Shown here piece after piece: positions 60,086 through 64,000 of a DNA stretch of 64,000 nt. The DNA lies in the IMG/VR virus record IMGVR_UViG_3300050343_000285, positions 130,788-194,787 of that record. The stretch is one strand, 5' to 3'. The translations under genes and the position numbers were made by a program. Numbering within the stretch: position 1 is the stretch's first letter; each line of letters opens with the position of its first letter. The notes beneath the pieces were generated by a model. It saw nothing but the letters and a program-made list of their open reading frames with translations, did no database searches and was not told where the DNA came from. This DNA comes from a virus.

Positions 60086-60235
60086 ATTTCCTCCTGAAAT
60101 AATTAACAAAAAAACAATGGCATCATAAACAATTTACGATTAAAACCATTACAATTTATTTCTATTTAAATATAGAACTACTCCTATCATTACAGTAATA
60201 AGAATAAAAGTTATCCATTTATATAAAACTATCAC

Positions 60236-60818
60236 CTAATCCAATCTCCCACTCATCTCTGTCCATATCATAAGGTCTGCCTGAGCCAGTGTCAAGCCGG
60301 GATAATGTGTCTCCATCAAATATTTGCATAACCCTGCATACTTAGCATATTTTTCTGGAGTCTGTGGAGTATTCTTGGGAGCATCTTTTATATCACACTT
60401 TACTCTCATCCAGTTTAGAATATGAGTATCTAATACAATCTCATCGCAAAATTCTCTAGTATGCAACAAAAAGAATCGTGCAGTTTTTGGCCCAACACCG
60501 TGAATGTCCATAAGGTCATTTCTGGTGCAAGTTCTTAGGTCTAATCTAGCAGAGAAGAATAATGCTTTGCGTATCCTATCGTACTGACCTGTCTTATGTG
60601 CAGTTTAAATAATTATGTAGTTCTGTTAATTTAAGACTACGAATAAATTCAAAGGGAGTCTTGTCTCCTCTATTCTTTAATAACTTTGTCACTAACCTAG
60701 CGGTGGTATCACTATTCTTTCCTGCAACAAGAATACAGAATATCCAAAATGATTCCAGTTCTACATCTGTACGATTATAATTAGTAATATCTTTAGGGTC
60801 AATCAAAGTTTCCATCAT
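60236..60818 (-). CDS. HhH-GPD DNA glycosylase (OGG/N-glycosylase-lyase-like), frameshifted
   Basis: FCILVAGK, TGQYDRI, HGVGPKTARFFL, VLDTHIL. Confidence 0.75.
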
Positions 60819-60883
60819 TAAAATCCGTTAGCCAAAGTAGTAGGTAGACCAAAATGAACAACAATAAGGTAGTTACGTTATCC

Positions 60884-60911
60884 ATTATACTACCTTATCG
60901 TCTATAGTCAA
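60884..60911 (-). promoter_or_regulatory. sigma70-type early promoter
   Basis: TTGACT-atagacgataaggtag(16)-TATAAT. Confidence 0.7.
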
Positions 60912-60926
60912 GAGAAAACTTTAGAA

Positions 60927-61365
60927 TTATTTGCTACTTCGAGGATGTCCTTTTGGTAACAAATCATTATCCTGCTTATAGCCAGAATTTGATGGTCTAC
61001 CAGTTCTAAGTAGTGTAAGAAAAGCATTAACTCTTGCCATAGCCCAACCATCTCTACTCATTTTAGGAGCATGAGAGGTCGAATAAGCACCAGCACCTCT
61101 TCTGTATACTGCTTTTAACATGCGCAGTGTAGCCTTACTTCCTTTACCCCTTTTTTATTATGTTCACTAACTTTATTTTTTAATTTCTCAATAGTTTTTG
61201 CACTAAAAGTAATCTTACCTTTATCATCTTTAGCACTATCAGGTTTATTTTTTTTACTACCTTTTTTCTGATCTTTTTTAGGTGCAGGAGTTCTACGAGG
61301 GTCACTTTCTTGCCTGGTTTATCTGCTATTGCTTTTAATGCTTCTAAATATTTGTTAGTTCTCAT
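60927..61365 (-). CDS. basic hypothetical protein of aquatic phages (frameshifted)
   Basis: Lys-rich N-terminus then VYRRGAGAYSTSH...WAMARVNAFL...DNDLLPKGHP. Confidence 0.6.
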
Positions 61366-61402
61366 ATGAAAGTTCCTTGTATTTAATAACCTTAATTAAG
61401 TA

Positions 61403-61413
61403 ATTTATACACC
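61403..61413 (-). promoter_or_regulatory. GTGTATWAT motif
   Basis: GGTGTATAAAT overlapping the rebuilt ferredoxin stop codon. Confidence 0.45.
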
Positions 61414-61792
61414 TTTTTTCCCACCTTTTAACTCCGCTATATTTTGTGCAATATCTACTAATCTATCCCAATTTTCTTCAATATATTCTTTTGGCCCACC
61501 CATATCAGCCTGTGCCTACTGCTATCTCTTCCGTTGGAACCATCTCAATAGCATCCCAAGGACAAACCTTAACATCATATAATTTCCCTTTATTACCGGG
61601 AACATGAATACATTGCTCACAACCTATACAAGTAGATAGATCAATCTCACACCATTGAGTTACTCCCTTTTTTATCTGGAATATACAATCAACAGGACAT
61701 ACTTCCAAACAAGCCTCACATCCAGTACAATTATCTGCCTGAATGATTGCTAATTCTTTAGGAATCTTTTTTCTTGGTTTTTTCTTTGCCAT
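61405..61792 (-). CDS. 2[4Fe-4S] ferredoxin with insertion and C-terminal extension (frameshift near 61510)
   Basis: CTGCEACLEVCP and CIGCEQC-(insert)-CPWDAI; extension DMGGPKEYIEENWDRLVDIAQ... in the shifted frame. Confidence 0.88.
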
Positions 61793-63088
61793 TATGCTAT
61801 AATCTCGTGTTGAATATTTCCAAATACATCAGTCAATCTAAAATCTCTACCACTATATCTATATGTTAATTTACTATGATCAATACCCATTAGATGTAAT
61901 ATAGTAGCATGTAAATCGTGCATGTCCATTGAGTCTACTGCTTTATGTCCAAAGTCATCAGTAGAACCATATCTCATACCACCTTTAATACCACCTCCTG
62001 CCATCCACATAGAGAATCCACCATTATTATGATCTCTACCTGTTGCTCCTTCTTTTATGCCGGGAGTTCTACCAAACTCACTTCCAAATAATATAATTGT
62101 ATCTTCAAATAATCCAGAGTCTTTTAAATCTTGTATCAAAGCAGCGATAGGTTTATCAATAGCAGTTGTATTCTTTCTTTAAATTATCATTAATATTCTG
62201 GTGCATATCCCAACCACCATGACCAATCTCTACAAACCTAACTCCTGCCTCACTAAATTTCTTAGCTAATAAACATTGTTTACCAAACTTAGCAGTAGCT
62301 TTATCATTGATACCATACTTCTGTAAGGTTTCTTGTGATTCTTTTGATATGTCAACAGTATTAGGAACACTTGTCTGCATCCTAAAAGCTAACTCATAAC
62401 TCTCAATCAATCCTTCTAGTCTACTATTTTCCGCACCATCTTTCAGGTGCATCTGATTAAAGTCTCTTAATAAATCTAAGTCTTTTCGTTGTCTATCTTT
62501 AGTTGTAGATGTATTTACAAGATTAGGTATAGCACTTTTACTACCAGCATTAATAGCAGTACCTTGATATACTGCCGGTAAGAATGAACTGCCATACATA
62601 TCTGGCCCAATATTAGCATCTATAGTTATAAATCCCGGCAACTCTTTATTCTCTGTGCCTAATCCATACAATAACCAACTACCCATACTAGGTCTACTGA
62701 ATTGAAAATTACCAGTATGTAATAAACTTCTGGCTTGATTATGATTACCTGTTTTACTTTTCATACCATTAAGCAAACATAAATCATCTGCATGTTTACG
62801 CAAGTGTGGGAAGTTTTCACTAATTTCTATACCACTATCTCCTGCTGGAGTTAAAGGTACTCCCGGTTTCATAATCTTTCTACCTTTACTTACAGGATCA
62901 TCTATACCTGCTTTTTCTACCATTAAAGGTTTATGATCAAAAGTATCTGTATGAGTCATACCACCATTCATATACATGAATATAACTCTCTTATTACTTT
63001 TCATAGCCTCTTCTGCCATCAATCCTTTTAATGCTAACATACCGAAACCAAAACTACTAGCTTGTAATAAACTTCTTCTATTTAACAT
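61792..63088 (-). CDS. DUF1501 protein with Tat-like signal (frameshift near 62170)
   Basis: [100 protein letters not shown]. Confidence 0.95.
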
Positions 63089-64000
63089 TACGAAATTCTC
63101 CTGTGCAGATTATGATTTGAATAAGTTTGGCAAGATCACTGTCTTGTTTAATAAACTCTATAGATTTTTTATTCTCTTGTTCTGTAGGTGGACGACCTAA
63201 AAACTTTAGAAATATTTTATTTATGTTGTTGCGATATAATATATTGGGCATAGTTTTACCCATCTTTTTATTATGTTCAAGTAATACTTTTGCTTCTTCT
63301 TGTGCTAATGCTATGATCTTAGGATTGTTCATAAGGAATAATGCTTGAGTAGATACTGTCGTAACACTTCTCTCAGCATTAAGTAAACTATTATCTGGTC
63401 TATCAAATATGTCCAGTACCTCAATCTTATTATCTCTTAATGATGGAATATAAATTGATCTTGCTCTTGTCTCACCAATATACTTTCTTAATTCTTTGCT
63501 AGAATTTTTTATACCTGTTTGAAAATCACTTATGTTTTTATGCGACTCGTCTAGTTTGCCTGATACAAATAATAATGAATCTCTAATTTGTTCAGCCTCT
63601 AATCTTTTCTCATTCATTCTCCAGAAATAAATATTGTCAGGATCAATCTCATAATTATGTTTATCAAACTTACTACTACGCTTATAAGCATTACTCATAA
63701 CAATAGTTTTAATAAGTCTTTTATTTGATAGTCTACCTGTAATAAACTTAGTAGATAAATAGTTCATCAGTTTAAGATTAGTAGGTTCTCCACCAAGTAT
63801 ACCAAAATTATCAAAACTGTCCAGTATACCCTTACCAAACAAATGCATCCATACTCTATTTACATGAACTCTGTAAGTTAGTGGATTAGTTTTATGTGTT
63901 ATCCATTCTGCAAACTCATATCGTCCACTGGTATTATCAAAATTAAGATTAGGTCTATCACTAAATATCTCTGGTAATCTTCTTGGTACTTCATCGCCCA
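63078..64000 (-). CDS. DUF1553 (PSD1) domain protein, C-terminal part (runs off window end)
   Basis: SGR..FAEWI....NPLT.RV.VNRVW.HLFG.GI...DNFG..G..P, RLEAEQIRDSLL.VSG.L, RSIY, FD.PD, R..TTV.TQALFLMN. Confidence 0.95.
   Translation of the reverse strand, partial: GDEVPRRLPEIFSDRPNLNFDNTSGRYEFAEWITHKTNPLTYRVHVNRVWMHLFGKGILDSFDNFGILGGEPTNLKLMNYLSTKFITGRLSNKRLIKTIVMSNAYKRSSKFDKHNYEIDPDNIYFWRMNEKRLEAEQIRDSLLFVSGKLDESHKNISDFQTGIKNSSKELRKYIGETRARSIYIPSLRDNKIEVLDIFDRPDNSLLNAERSVTTVSTQALFLMNNPKIIALAQEEAKVLLEHNKKMGKTMPNILYRNNINKIFLKFLGRPPTEQENKKSIEFIKQDSDLAKLIQIIICTGEFRNVK

Noticed and set aside
6111-63088. Many broken genes (trypsin, actin, rIIA, rIIB, epimerase, ligase, Stf0, NeuB-FkbM, glycosylase, ferredoxin, DUF1501) as programmed frameshifts or pseudogenes
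   Set aside because: The breaks are scattered +/-1 indels, often in homopolymers (e.g. CCTTTAAAG for CCTTTTAAAG in rIIA; 7 A for 6 near 15095; 6 T for 5 near 40432). They hit essential-looking genes, and I saw no recurring slippery-site or stimulator pattern. This fits uncorrected long-read error; short-read polishing would decide.
925-63348. Plus-strand ORFs of 60-128 aa in the ORF track
   Set aside because: All are shadows of minus-strand genes, with no Shine-Dalgarno or recognisable motif.
1-64000. Alternative genetic code (TAG or TGA recoding), common in some large phages
   Set aside because: Long intact ORFs in code 11 end in TAA, TAG and TGA, and the premature stops seen are explained by frame changes rather than in-frame recoding.
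1-64000. CRISPR array, DGR template/variable repeats, retron/RT, group I/II intron, IS element
   Set aside because: By eye I found no regularly spaced direct repeats, no reverse transcriptase or transposase motifs, and no long near-identical repeat pair. A dot-plot was not run.

Overview
A 64 kb, AT-rich (roughly 30% GC by eye, not computed), gene-dense segment in which every credible gene lies on the minus strand. The content indicates a large T4-like (jumbo/huge) tailed phage: rIIA/rIIB, ATP-dependent DNA ligase, ThyX, RuvB, UvsE, small conserved aquatic-phage ORFs, tRNA-Leu(UAA), a complete tmRNA, about ten near-consensus sigma70 promoters and a second GTGTATWATA motif. Several genes belong to families typical of Planctomycetota (DUF1559 prepilin-like protein, DUF1553-DUF1501 pair, an insertion-type 2[4Fe-4S] ferredoxin, small secreted proteins), which suggests a planctomycete host. 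About half the window is glycan-modification cargo: a CMP-nonulosonate pathway, many glycosyl- and methyltransferases, and nine sulfotransferases. The consensus has many single-base indels, often in homopolymers, so several genes (rIIA, rIIB, ligase, actin-like ATPase, trypsin-like protease, epimerase, a kinase-like gene, DUF1501) were rebuilt across frameshifts by hand. The most novel-looking signals are: (i) a structured RNA after rIIB (tRNA-like minihelix plus terminator) preceded by two tandem segments antisense to a TCACAGGA motif found in the leaders of five early-promoter genes; (ii) a phage-borne DUF1553-DUF1501-ferredoxin operon and DUF1559 pilin; (iii) a Zn-ribbon/RuvA-C-terminal-like fusion directly upstream of ruvB. 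All family assignments come from motif recognition; no database search was run.
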